IMG/VR virus record: IMGVR_UViG_3300043620_000032
Span: 3,069 to 67,068 of that record
From: a virus
Taxonomy: Duplodnaviria > Caudoviricetes
Length of the DNA stretch: 64,000 nt
Direction: 5' to 3' (one strand)
Position 1 is the first letter of the stretch; every line of letters begins with the position of its first letter. Below the pieces are notes generated by a model. The model made no database searches and was not told where the DNA came from. It worked only from the letters and a program-made list of their open reading frames with translations. A program made the position numbers and the translations under genes. Of this stretch, positions 26,960-36,066 are shown piece by piece.

Positions 26960-27474
26960 TCGCCACCTCCACTATCCGGCGGCCGGATGGCCTTGCCGAT
27001 GTTCTTGCCCTTGTCACCCTTGCTGCCGTAGACCCAGACCATGTACGACTTCCACGCCCGGTCGTACCACACCATGCGCTCGATCCGTTCGGTGACCACC
27101 CAGACATCCTTATCCGTGTCACCATCTTCGGTCTCGCCGTAATAGACGTAGTTGTTTTTCTTACGCTTGTCCGTTTGCTCGACAAAGCGCGCGGTTTTGT
27201 TCTTGAATTTGTCAGGGGCAAGCGTCGTCATCCCCTTTGGGGGCGTCTGGATGTTGTCGCGGACATTGTTGATGGTCTTGTTGACCACCAGCGACTGAAT
27301 GATTGTGCGCGCGATGTTGGCCGACGCCAAAGCCGACGACAAATCGACCGCTCGCGGGATAGTCGGACGCACGAACTGTGGCCGGTTGAACAGATATGCC
27401 TGGCGCGGACCGGTCGATTGATCGGTGCTGACCGGACAGGTCGGCGCTACGGTGGAGAAGTAGATCGGCATCAC
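26956..27474 (-). CDS. Hypothetical virion protein, paralog 2 of APxCPVS family
   Basis: APTCPVS...IPRAVDLS. Confidence 0.75.
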   Translation of the reverse strand: MMPIYFSTVAPTCPVSTDQSTGPRQAYLFNRPQFVRPTIPRAVDLSSALASANIARTIIQSLVVNKTINNVRDNIQTPPKGMTTLAPDKFKNKTARFVEQTDKRKKNNYVYYGETEDGDTDKDVWVVTERIERMVWYDRAWKSYMVWVYGSKGDKGKNIGKAIRPPDSGGGE

Positions 27475-27917
27475 AGCACCTCTACCACCTGCGGACCATC
27501 GTAGATCAGAGCTGCATCGCTATTGTAATTTTGCCACATGACCGAGGTGATGATCTTCATCTGGACGTATTGCTTTTCGTTGTCCGGATTGTACAGCTTC
27601 TGACCCTGATAATCGCGATCCGCATATTCCCAGTCCTGTGGCCCTGGAGGCTTGTCATCGGTGCCCTTCAAGGTCACCGACGCACCACCCTGCGGATACA
27701 CATTGTTGATCGCCGGCGATCCACGCGCGATGTGGGTGATGACATTGTTCATGATGTTGAGCGCGTTGATCACCGACGGCAGATCGTGTGCGCGCGGGAT
27801 GGAGTTGATCAGATCGTGCAGGATGCCAGGTCGCACAAACGGATCGCCGCGACGAAAGACCGGTGCGCCAGGCGTTGCCTGCGGGAAACTGACGGGACAG
27901 GAGGGTGCGTCAGTCAT
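27471..27917 (-). CDS. Hypothetical virion protein, paralog 1 of APxCPVS family
   Basis: APSCPVS...IPRAHDLP. Confidence 0.75.
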   Translation of the reverse strand: MTDAPSCPVSFPQATPGAPVFRRGDPFVRPGILHDLINSIPRAHDLPSVINALNIMNNVITHIARGSPAINNVYPQGGASVTLKGTDDKPPGPQDWEYADRDYQGQKLYNPDNEKQYVQMKIITSVMWQNYNSDAALIYDGPQVVEVL

Positions 27918-28111
27918 TTTGAAACACTCCAATGGCCATTGCGCCAATGATAAGTAACCCTAGTAAAATCAGGAGGATTTATTAGCTCCTCAGAAAACGT
28001 AAGTACACTCAATTTCGGCCTCAGTGCCACATCAAATCTCGGATAATTCCAAGCCAGATTTTTCCCCAACCACGGCCCATTGATGCAAGCTCCTCGGAAA
28101 ACATCAGACAA
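27914..28111 (-). CDS. Hypothetical protein (65 aa)
   Basis: Fills the gap with overlaps at both ends; AT-richer. Confidence 0.45.
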   Translation of the reverse strand: MSDVFRGACINGPWLGKNLAWNYPRFDVALRPKLSVLTFSEELINPPDFTRVTYHWRNGHWSVSK

Positions 28112-30434
28112 GGGCCAGCTCCTTGACGCTGGTAGCCACTTGCATGTTCGAGATCACGATGCGTCCTTCAATTTCGAACTGCCACTGTTCACTTTTTGTC
28201 CCGGATAGTATCCTCAGCAATTCTCCGGTGGAGCGAATCTCGCGCGTGGTCCACAGCACATCGTCAATGTAAACCCGCACGATGCCATACTGATCGTCTG
28301 CAAGAACCAACTGCGGGAACGATACATCGCGTTCCACCTGTGGCGGCGTGGTGTCCGGCACCGTGAAGAAGATTCGCATGGCTGCGAAATTGCGCCGCGC
28401 CATTTGCTGATAGGTCTTCGATCGCCACAAATATGGAACGATGATCGGATGCTGGTCGGTGAAATCGTAGTAGTAAATGCCGCCGTTCTGCACCAGCAGA
28501 CAGATGCCGGTCCAGGCATCAAGCTCGACATTGAGAATGTCGAACTCATTCGGCGAGCTGAGATTGTTGTAGCCCAGACGATGCCCGCCAGCCTGCGGCC
28601 AGATGGTGAAGGACGTCTTGTCTTCGGATGAAAGTTCGACCGTGAACCCGCGCAAGATCGGTCCGCCGGCGTCAGCCCCAAAGGCAAAATAGCACGAGCA
28701 GTGCTTGACCGCCCGAATGCGTTCGTGCGGCGTGAGCGCCTGCCATCGCTCCCGACTGATCCAGCCTTCGGTGGTGTTCAAGCCGGCACCGGACTGCGAG
28801 ATCTGGATCAGCCCATTCTGCGACACGTAAAACACCGCGGTATCGGTCGGCACGATCGAGCCTCGGTGCAAGCCCGGTTCCTGCAGATTGATCTTGGTCA
28901 GCGACATAGATGCTGGGTTGACACCGTTGATCAGATAGGGCGTGCCCTGTGTAACCACGACGATCGCCTGTCCGCACACACCGATGCCGACAATGGGAAA
29001 CTCGGTCGTCAGCACGTAACCTGGCGGCCAGGCATGCGGCCGGTAGGCCTCGCTGAACCACACCTCGTTGGAGCGGAAGCCGACGGCAATGCCGTTGGGA
29101 AACGCCTGGATGGTGGATAGATCCTCCGGCGGTCCGTACCAGTAAAGACTGACCATCTGGCTGTTGAGCGCAACGACGTCATCGGAAATGATATCAGTGT
29201 ACACACCCTGCGCGACTGGAATCTCGGCCACCAGGAAGTAGGTGCCCAAACCAGTCTGGCTCGAGATAGTCCGGTAGATGCGCGTCAACGTGATGTTGCG
29301 ATCAGCCGACTTCATCACCGGGTTGCCGTCGCCATCCAAGATTAGATCGCCGTTGTCATCGGTAGCCGGGAAATCTGCCCCCATGTTCTCCGGCATTGGT
29401 TGGAACAAAGTGATGGTCCAGACCGCATTGCTCCAGCCATTGACCACCACCGGATCCGACGGCGGGCCCTCCTCACCATATTCCGTGACCCAGGTGTAAA
29501 CGTAGCCACGCGCTTCGAAGATCGATGCTCCCAGCAGATTGCCCCAGATCCGGAACGTCGGCAGCATGGTGACGGCGCTGGTGTTCAACGGATCGGGTGG
29601 GGTGTTGCTGAAAGTGGCGGGGTAGCCGGCGCTCTGTATCGTGTTGTTGACGTTCTCGAGATAGTACGCTTGGTCGGTATGAATGCCGATCCAGTAGGTG
29701 TTGTTGGCAATGACCGACACCGGGTTGCCTAGCACCGCTGTCCCGGTCAGAGCCGCAGCATCCATCAACGCTGGAGCACTGCCACCCAAAAACTCGTAGG
29801 GCTTGCCGTTGAGATCGCTGTACACCACCCCGGTGAAATACAGCGGACTCGCATAGCCAGAGGGATTGAACGAAAGGCTCTGAATCAGCATCGACCCCTG
29901 CGGGATGATTGGCACCAGCGTGATGTGATTGCCAGGGACGTACTGATTGCCAATAGACGTTTGTGGATCAACGTTGGGGAACCCGACCTGAATAGTGTCG
30001 CCACCGCCTGCCACGGTCACACCGGGCGGACAACCCGACGCCGGCACGCCCAGGATCCAGTCGTGCTCATCGTTCATGATGCGATCGTAGGTATTGTAGC
30101 GCGGCACCGTTGAAGGGCTGGCCCAATAGAACCGATCGAACTGATCCTGCACAACAGGCGAATGCATGACCGTGGTGTCAGGATCCAGAAATTCCATCCA
30201 CTTGGAGTCGTCGGCCGTGATCGCCGTATTATTGGTGACCTTGTTAGGCACGCGATAGACGAATTGCGCTGCACTGTTGCGTAGCTCGCGCAACAATTTG
30301 GGTTGCCGCCAGCCGGTAAGAGCACCACTGAACAGATAGCAGTTGAGCGAATAGTCCGCCTGCCCCTCAGGCAGCAGCCGGCTGTCCCACGCCGGCAGCA
30401 TCCCGCCATACTTGTCCAGCTTCAGCGCGCTCAT
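28104..30434 (-). CDS. Tail nozzle / stabilisation protein (tail tubular protein B-like)
   Basis: 776 aa; YVYTWVTEYGEEGPPS, NEVWFSEAYRPHAWP, YLWRSK; propeller-like. Confidence 0.8.
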   Translation of the reverse strand: MSALKLDKYGGMLPAWDSRLLPEGQADYSLNCYLFSGALTGWRQPKLLRELRNSAAQFVYRVPNKVTNNTAITADDSKWMEFLDPDTTVMHSPVVQDQFDRFYWASPSTVPRYNTYDRIMNDEHDWILGVPASGCPPGVTVAGGGDTIQVGFPNVDPQTSIGNQYVPGNHITLVPIIPQGSMLIQSLSFNPSGYASPLYFTGVVYSDLNGKPYEFLGGSAPALMDAAALTGTAVLGNPVSVIANNTYWIGIHTDQAYYLENVNNTIQSAGYPATFSNTPPDPLNTSAVTMLPTFRIWGNLLGASIFEARGYVYTWVTEYGEEGPPSDPVVVNGWSNAVWTITLFQPMPENMGADFPATDDNGDLILDGDGNPVMKSADRNITLTRIYRTISSQTGLGTYFLVAEIPVAQGVYTDIISDDVVALNSQMVSLYWYGPPEDLSTIQAFPNGIAVGFRSNEVWFSEAYRPHAWPPGYVLTTEFPIVGIGVCGQAIVVVTQGTPYLINGVNPASMSLTKINLQEPGLHRGSIVPTDTAVFYVSQNGLIQISQSGAGLNTTEGWISRERWQALTPHERIRAVKHCSCYFAFGADAGGPILRGFTVELSSEDKTSFTIWPQAGGHRLGYNNLSSPNEFDILNVELDAWTGICLLVQNGGIYYYDFTDQHPIIVPYLWRSKTYQQMARRNFAAMRIFFTVPDTTPPQVERDVSFPQLVLADDQYGIVRVYIDDVLWTTREIRSTGELLRILSGTKSEQWQFEIEGRIVISNMQVATSVKELALV

Positions 30435-30910
30435 TTTGGTTTACTCGTTGGATAGACTTCGTTCTGCCCAGGGTTGGCATGGTACACCGTCTCCCCGGCC
30501 TTTGCCCGCTCCTCTGCTTCATACTTACGCCGAAGCTCACGGTTGCGTTCATACTCTGCCTCGGCCTTGGCAATCGCCTCACGACCGGCTTTCTGTTCGA
30601 GTTCGAACTGTCTCTGCAGATCCGGCGGCCGAGGGGGTGGCGGTATTTCTACAGCTTTCGCCTCATTCTGCTCACGCAACTTGCGGATCCGCTCGACCAA
30701 CATATCGCGGGTCTCACCAGGCTTGATCAGACCGGCTTGCCGCGTGAGTTCCTGGCTTTCAGCCTCACGCGCTGCCCGCTGCCGTTCGGCTGCAACGGCC
30801 TCACGCTTCTCCATTACATCGATTGCCAGCTGCTGATTTTTAGCCGCCTCCTCTTCCATCTTGACGCGGCGATCTTCGTGATGGACTTCCGAATCGGTTT
30901 TCCGCTCCAC
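30431..30910 (-). CDS. Charged coiled-coil hypothetical protein
   Basis: GGAGGAG RBS before GTG. Confidence 0.7.
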   Translation of the reverse strand: MERKTDSEVHHEDRRVKMEEEAAKNQQLAIDVMEKREAVAAERQRAAREAESQELTRQAGLIKPGETRDMLVERIRKLREQNEAKAVEIPPPPRPPDLQRQFELEQKAGREAIAKAEAEYERNRELRRKYEAEERAKAGETVYHANPGQNEVYPTSKPK

Positions 30911-30919
30911 GATCTCCTC

Positions 30920-31312
30920 CTAGGCCGCAATGACAGTGAACTTGATGGTGTCGTGTTTGATGTTACCAAGACTGTCGGTCATTGTCAGCTTGACGGTCAC
31001 TCGCTCGCCTAACGTTCCACCCTCGAGTAAAAACACCACATCGGTACCCAGGATCGTGGGAGTGCTGACCATACAGGTGGCCGAGTCCGACACAGCATCA
31101 ATCTGCTCGATCGTCGCCGTGTTAGCCAGCCAACGATCATACTTGATGGTCCACAGCTTGCTGTCACCTTCGGTGTGTTGTTTGCTGGCTATGATCATGG
31201 TTTCCAACACCCTGATTGCCCGCCACTCGGGCGGGACTACGATCGTCCGTTCCTCTGGGGCGATCACCAGAAGTCGAGTCTCTTTTGGCACAATGGCCAC
31301 GTCGTCGTTCAT
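30920..31312 (-). CDS. Putative fibre-tail adaptor protein
   Basis: K...D...W-I-YDRWL...V-FLLEGG..G....V.L.MT...G pattern. Confidence 0.55.
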   Translation of the reverse strand: MNDDVAIVPKETRLLVIAPEERTIVVPPEWRAIRVLETMIIASKQHTEGDSKLWTIKYDRWLANTATIEQIDAVSDSATCMVSTPTILGTDVVFLLEGGTLGERVTVKLTMTDSLGNIKHDTIKFTVIAA

Positions 31313-31953
31313 TATTTGATTCCATAAACCTTGATGACACTGTTGGCACCAAAATTACCGCCACTAGCCCAATACAGTTTTATGCCATTAACAACCGACG
31401 CTGTACCCTGACAAAGCACACTCTGTTGCAGATCATATAAATTACCCGCACCCCACGATGTGGTGGCAATTTTAGCCATTGGGAATACACCACTTACATT
31501 CTTAAAAAACCTCATCGTACTACGCGCTGGTAAATCTGACCTCAAGTCTTGACCTACATCCAACTGAAAATAGGTTGCAGACCCACCAACACTTGCTGGT
31601 GCTGAACTGCCCGAAGCAGAATACGTTCCGGTATAAACGTAAGCCCCCGCTGCATTTATAAAAGTAGCCCCTCCATCAATCGAAAACTGGCAACATAACA
31701 CACTATTACTTCCAGAATTATTAAACGCGCAGTTGACAATCTCATACGTGTCGTAAGCAGAAGTCAAAATTGATGAGTTAATAACGACAGCATTTGTACC
31801 GGCTGGATTGTAAGTAGCCAACAAAACTCTAGAAGAATCTGCTACACCAGAACTGCCAAAGGTCCAGCCATAGCCGTTGTACGTGTAGGTCGGACCACCC
31901 GCAGGAGTGAACTGCTGGCCGAGGGTCGGAGAAGCTGGGAAATCAAAGGCCAT
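31312..31953 (-). CDS. Tail fibre-associated protein
   Basis: MAFDFPASPTLGQQF...TYTYNGYGW N-terminal module; AT-rich beta C-domain. Confidence 0.65.
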   Translation of the reverse strand: MAFDFPASPTLGQQFTPAGGPTYTYNGYGWTFGSSGVADSSRVLLATYNPAGTNAVVINSSILTSAYDTYEIVNCAFNNSGSNSVLCCQFSIDGGATFINAAGAYVYTGTYSASGSSAPASVGGSATYFQLDVGQDLRSDLPARSTMRFFKNVSGVFPMAKIATTSWGAGNLYDLQQSVLCQGTASVVNGIKLYWASGGNFGANSVIKVYGIK

Positions 31954-33741
31954 TTAGCACCTATGACCGTTGAAAACTGTAAAAAATGTACCGTCGATGG
32001 TCCAGGTCGAGGCTACACCATTAGCGTAAGTCCACACCTCATAATAATCAGTACCATTTGCAATATCGTCTATACTTATACCACCACCAGAAGAAGCCAA
32101 CGCACTTGCCGTTATCGATCCGCCTCGCTTTAACTCTGCACCATTCTTGTAAATTGCAACCCAGATATTACTTTGATCGGCTATACCAGAAGCATGACCT
32201 ACACGTGCATCAAGATGAATCAAGCCTGCGGGGGGCGTCCACTGACTTGTGGCAGGATTATAAAAATTACCTAGATCGTATTCTTCGGTTGGAAATGTCA
32301 CCTTAGTCCAGGTGATGTTAGCAAGACCGGTTTGATTGACGCCATTCTTGTATGCCCTAAACCCGACCTGAGAACTGGCACTACCTCCACCACCAACAGC
32401 GACCCACTGACTCGAATTGACGTCGGTGTAATAAATCCACAAAATGCCAGTGTCGCTCTCCCACCATAGCTGACCATTGGTCGGAGACGCAGGCGGCGTG
32501 TCCGAGATGGAAGTTGCGGCCCCACCGCCACCAGCTCCACCGGTCGGCCCGGTCGCTCCAGTCGCTCCTGCTCCACCTGCAGCACCAGTCGGTCCGGTTG
32601 CTGCCGCACCGGTGGATCCGGTTGGACCAAGTCCGCCTGCACCGCCAGCTGATCCGGTGTTGCCTGTCGGTCCTGTTGCGCCGACTCCACCCGGAGTGCC
32701 GGGTGTGCCAGCCGTACCCTGTAAGCCGGTGTTGCCTGTCGGGCCAGTGGCACCGACTCCACCTGGTGTACCAATCGTACCCTGTGAACCCGTCGGTCCA
32801 GTTGCACCTACTCCACCAGGCGTGCCGGGTGTCCCTTGTGTGCCTGTATTCCCTGTTGGACCCGTCGATCCTGCACCACCTGGCGTGCCGGGTGTTCCTT
32901 GTGTGCCCGTACTTCCCGTCGGACCTGTCGCTCCCACTCCTCCTGGCGCACCTACCGTTCCCTGCACGCCGGTCGCGCCGGTTGGACCCGTTGCAGCAAC
33001 CGCACCAGTCGGTCCAGTCGATCCCACACCAGACGTGCCTGGAGAACCTTGCGCGCCAGTTGGACCAAGCAAACCGGTCGGTCCGGTTGCCCCCACAACA
33101 CCAGCCGTTCCAGCCATCCCCGTGCTGCCAGTGGGACCAGTATCAGCCGTCGGACCCGTCGGTCCCAGCGGACCAGGCGTCCCCGGTAGTCCGCGATCGC
33201 CAGTCGGTCCGGTACCGAGTGACCCGGTAGGGCCGGTGGCTCCTGTCCCCGATGCTGTGCCAGGCGGTCCGGTTGGTCCTGTCCCTAACGGCCCGAGGCT
33301 ACCCGTCGGTCCGGTGCTGCCTTGTCCCGTTGCCCCGGTCGGACCGCTCACTCCGATCGAACCCGTCGGGCCCAAACCGCCGACAGAACCCGTTGGCCCG
33401 GTCGCGCCAGCACCGGTCGGGCCGCTGGATCCAGTTGGGCCAATCCCACCCGCGGGGCCGCCTACTCCCACACTTCCGGTCGGCCCAGTATTGCCCTGCG
33501 CACCGACCGTCCCGCCCGGACCAACATCACCGGTTGGTCCTGTTGGTCCACCAGGCAAACCAGGCGGCCCAGTTGCTCCAGTGGCACCAGTCGAAGTCGC
33601 GCTTCCTTCCGGACCTGTCGGTCCAGTCCCACCGGTGGTGCCGTCGTATCCCGTCGGCCCAGTGACTCCAGTCACGCCGGTATGTCCGGCAACCACGACC
33701 GGAAACGCTTCAACCGGAGCTGCAGGAATCACGCTCACCAT
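31954..33741 (-). CDS. Long collagen-like (GPT/GAT) fibre with C1q-like C-terminal head
   Basis: About 400 aa of G-X-T triplets; [12 protein letters not shown] module; FRAYK...TKVTF...YDLGNFYN. Confidence 0.85.
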   Translation of the reverse strand: MVSVIPAAPVEAFPVVVAGHTGVTGVTGPTGYDGTTGGTGPTGPEGSATSTGATGATGPPGLPGGPTGPTGDVGPGGTVGAQGNTGPTGSVGVGGPAGGIGPTGSSGPTGAGATGPTGSVGGLGPTGSIGVSGPTGATGQGSTGPTGSLGPLGTGPTGPPGTASGTGATGPTGSLGTGPTGDRGLPGTPGPLGPTGPTADTGPTGSTGMAGTAGVVGATGPTGLLGPTGAQGSPGTSGVGSTGPTGAVAATGPTGATGVQGTVGAPGGVGATGPTGSTGTQGTPGTPGGAGSTGPTGNTGTQGTPGTPGGVGATGPTGSQGTIGTPGGVGATGPTGNTGLQGTAGTPGTPGGVGATGPTGNTGSAGGAGGLGPTGSTGAAATGPTGAAGGAGATGATGPTGGAGGGGAATSISDTPPASPTNGQLWWESDTGILWIYYTDVNSSQWVAVGGGGSASSQVGFRAYKNGVNQTGLANITWTKVTFPTEEYDLGNFYNPATSQWTPPAGLIHLDARVGHASGIADQSNIWVAIYKNGAELKRGGSITASALASSGGGISIDDIANGTDYYEVWTYANGVASTWTIDGTFFTVFNGHRC

Positions 33742-33742
33742 G

Positions 33743-34522
33743 TCACAACTCTAGCACCATGAACTGAACATCAGCGACGAATGCACCAAGACTCGACGAC
33801 CCCGATCCTTGTGGATCTTGGATCGAGAGATCGAGCCAGCAGGACTGACCAGGCGGAAGCGGTGGATAACTGTCTGGATCAAACTGTCCGTTGAATGGCT
33901 GCGGGATTGTCCCCATGATCAAAAACGACTTCCTCTCGGTAGGAGACGCTACGATCAGTGTTTGCGGTACTCCCCATATCTTACCCATAAAAGCTGGACG
34001 GTCCTCCCACGGACCAGGAGCAGCCATCACCGAAGTTTCATTCCACCTCCCAGTGATGATAATATTTCGATTGGCTGCGAGCGTGTTGCCGCAGGTACCC
34101 GACACCATCAACAAAAGCCGACCACTAACTTCCGGCACGAACGTAAACTGGAATCCCATCGATACTTCTGCGCCAACATTATTGACGACCCACGGACCTT
34201 GATTGCCGGCATTGGCAGCCCAACTGTGTCCGAACGCCCCTGCCGGACCAGTCGGACCAATCCCACCCATGCTGCCAAACGATCCCGCCGGTCCGGTCGA
34301 ACCGGTCGGTCCAGTAAACGCACCAGCGCCTTCCGCACCCGTCGGCCCGGTGCCGAAAACGAACGGCCCCGTTGGCCCAACCGATCCAGTTGCCCCGGTA
34401 GTTGATACGCTACCCTCTGGTCCAGTTGCACCGGTGGGACCGCCAGACGGACCTGTCGGTCCGGCGAGCACGACAACTGGCCAAGCATCGACCGGTGCGG
34501 GAATGTTTGATTGATCGCTCAT
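33743..34522 (-). CDS. Short collagen-like fibre protein
   Basis: [12 protein letters not shown] then GPTG repeats; ends VLEL. Confidence 0.8.
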   Translation of the reverse strand: MSDQSNIPAPVDAWPVVVLAGPTGPSGGPTGATGPEGSVSTTGATGSVGPTGPFVFGTGPTGAEGAGAFTGPTGSTGPAGSFGSMGGIGPTGPAGAFGHSWAANAGNQGPWVVNNVGAEVSMGFQFTFVPEVSGRLLLMVSGTCGNTLAANRNIIITGRWNETSVMAAPGPWEDRPAFMGKIWGVPQTLIVASPTERKSFLIMGTIPQPFNGQFDPDSYPPLPPGQSCWLDLSIQDPQGSGSSSLGAFVADVQFMVLEL

Positions 34523-35235
34523 ATCTCCAAGACCACCCATTCGAGATCGTACAGAGTTACAAACGAACTAGCTGGATACACCTGCACAACCAGATCAAGC
34601 CACCAATCACGACCAACCAAATCTTCTGGCCCACGACCTGAATTGCCAAAATCATCAGTGTACTCGACGACAAATTCTGTACGCACATTCGCAGGCAGAT
34701 TACGAAATGACCTGTGTATAGTTTCTGGTCCAGCATAAAACTGAACGCCAAACGGTGGTGGCTCATAACCAACACGCTTAGCGTAGATGTCCATGCCCCC
34801 GCCGTTGACATTGTTGGAAAAAGTACCAGTAAAAAAACACTGCAGATAACCGGTCTTTACCGGAGTGACTTTGATCTGCAGGCCTTGGTAGCTAGCATAC
34901 TGATCCGGACCATGTGGACCCGGCGGACTGCCGGTTGCCCCTGTCCACATCGCATACGTCATGCCGGGGCCTTTCACCCCAGTCGGTCCAGCCATATCAT
35001 CACGCGCCAAACCGACAACATCTGGTCCAGTCATTCCAACCGATCCAGTTGGACCAAATACCGTAGATCCCGCTGGTCCGGTGTAAACTCGCCCCGTTGA
35101 TCCGGTTGGACCAGCAGCTCCCGCCAACGACAGCCCATCTGTAGGCCCGGTTGGCCCAAGCGGACCTTCCACGGCACCGGTCAGTCCGAGCACAATGTTC
35201 ACCGGCCAGGCGGCTATATCTGACGGCGCTTTCAT
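34519..35235 (-). CDS. Short collagen-like fibre protein
   Basis: [13 protein letters not shown] then GPTG repeats; ends VLEI. Confidence 0.8.
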   Translation of the reverse strand: MKAPSDIAAWPVNIVLGLTGAVEGPLGPTGPTDGLSLAGAAGPTGSTGRVYTGPAGSTVFGPTGSVGMTGPDVVGLARDDMAGPTGVKGPGMTYAMWTGATGSPPGPHGPDQYASYQGLQIKVTPVKTGYLQCFFTGTFSNNVNGGGMDIYAKRVGYEPPPFGVQFYAGPETIHRSFRNLPANVRTEFVVEYTDDFGNSGRGPEDLVGRDWWLDLVVQVYPASSFVTLYDLEWVVLEI

Positions 35236-35930
35236 ATCTCCAACATGTACCAATACAGATCGAACAAAGTCACCAACGCACCCCCCGTCGCTTGCACCGC
35301 AAGATCGTAATAGGTGTCCACCGCCAACAACGTATCCGGATCGTCATCAAGCACAGTGATCGAGAACTCGATCCGTTGATTGGCGGGAATATTGGCAAAC
35401 ACCTTGTCAATCGACACAGCTTTCCCCAACAACCCCTGACCGAATGTCGGTTGTGACGTTGACCGCTGAATATGCAGCCGCACGCCCCCAGCGACACTAC
35501 AAATGAAAGTGCCAGAAAAATGCACCAACCCACGGCCGCTATAGCCATAATCAAACTGAACGTTCAATCCTTGATGGCGGAAAAACGAATCAAACGGACC
35601 TGTTGGCGAAGTCCAAGCTCCATTGCGATTCTGGAACACACCACCCGGTCCATCCGATCCAGTCGGACCAGTTGCTGCCGGCCCGGTATGACCTTCACCT
35701 GCAGGGCCAGTCTCACCACGCGATCCAGTTGGTCCGGTGACACCTCCAACTCCAGTCGGCCCAGTCCCCGGAGCACCCGTTGGACCAGTCGCTCCCGTCG
35801 CTCCCGTGATTGCAACCGGACCCATTGGTCCAGTCGGTCCAGTCGGACCGCCAGCCGGACCTGTCGGCCCGCCGATCACCACTATCGGAAAGGCTTCAAC
35901 AGATGCAGGTATGGTCTTCTCGACCGACAT
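35232..35930 (-). CDS. Short collagen-like fibre protein
   Basis: [12 protein letters not shown] then GPTG repeats; ends MLEI. Confidence 0.8.
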   Translation of the reverse strand: MSVEKTIPASVEAFPIVVIGGPTGPAGGPTGPTGPMGPVAITGATGATGPTGAPGTGPTGVGGVTGPTGSRGETGPAGEGHTGPAATGPTGSDGPGGVFQNRNGAWTSPTGPFDSFFRHQGLNVQFDYGYSGRGLVHFSGTFICSVAGGVRLHIQRSTSQPTFGQGLLGKAVSIDKVFANIPANQRIEFSITVLDDDPDTLLAVDTYYDLAVQATGGALVTLFDLYWYMLEI

Positions 35931-35937
35931 CAGCTCC

Positions 35938-36066
35938 TCATGGGAACGGATGAATGATGAACGCAGCCGACACCACCACTGCCGACTCAACGACGTAAAC
36001 TCCCAGCAACATAGTCTCGTTAGAAGTGGTCTCGACCAGATACACAGCTGTCGGAGTAGCGATCAT
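35938..36066 (-). CDS. Small hydrophobic protein (42 aa)
   Basis: ATGA-coupled to tailspike stop; [14 protein letters not shown]... Confidence 0.4.
   Translation of the reverse strand: MIATPTAVYLVETTSNETMLLGVYVVESAVVVSAAFIIHPFP

Noticed and set aside
32477-33754. 425-aa + strand PVGPV-repeat ORF, and similar + strand ORFs at 39537, 35737 and 34203
   Set aside because: Antisense shadows of GPT collagen codons; no RBS and no independent features.
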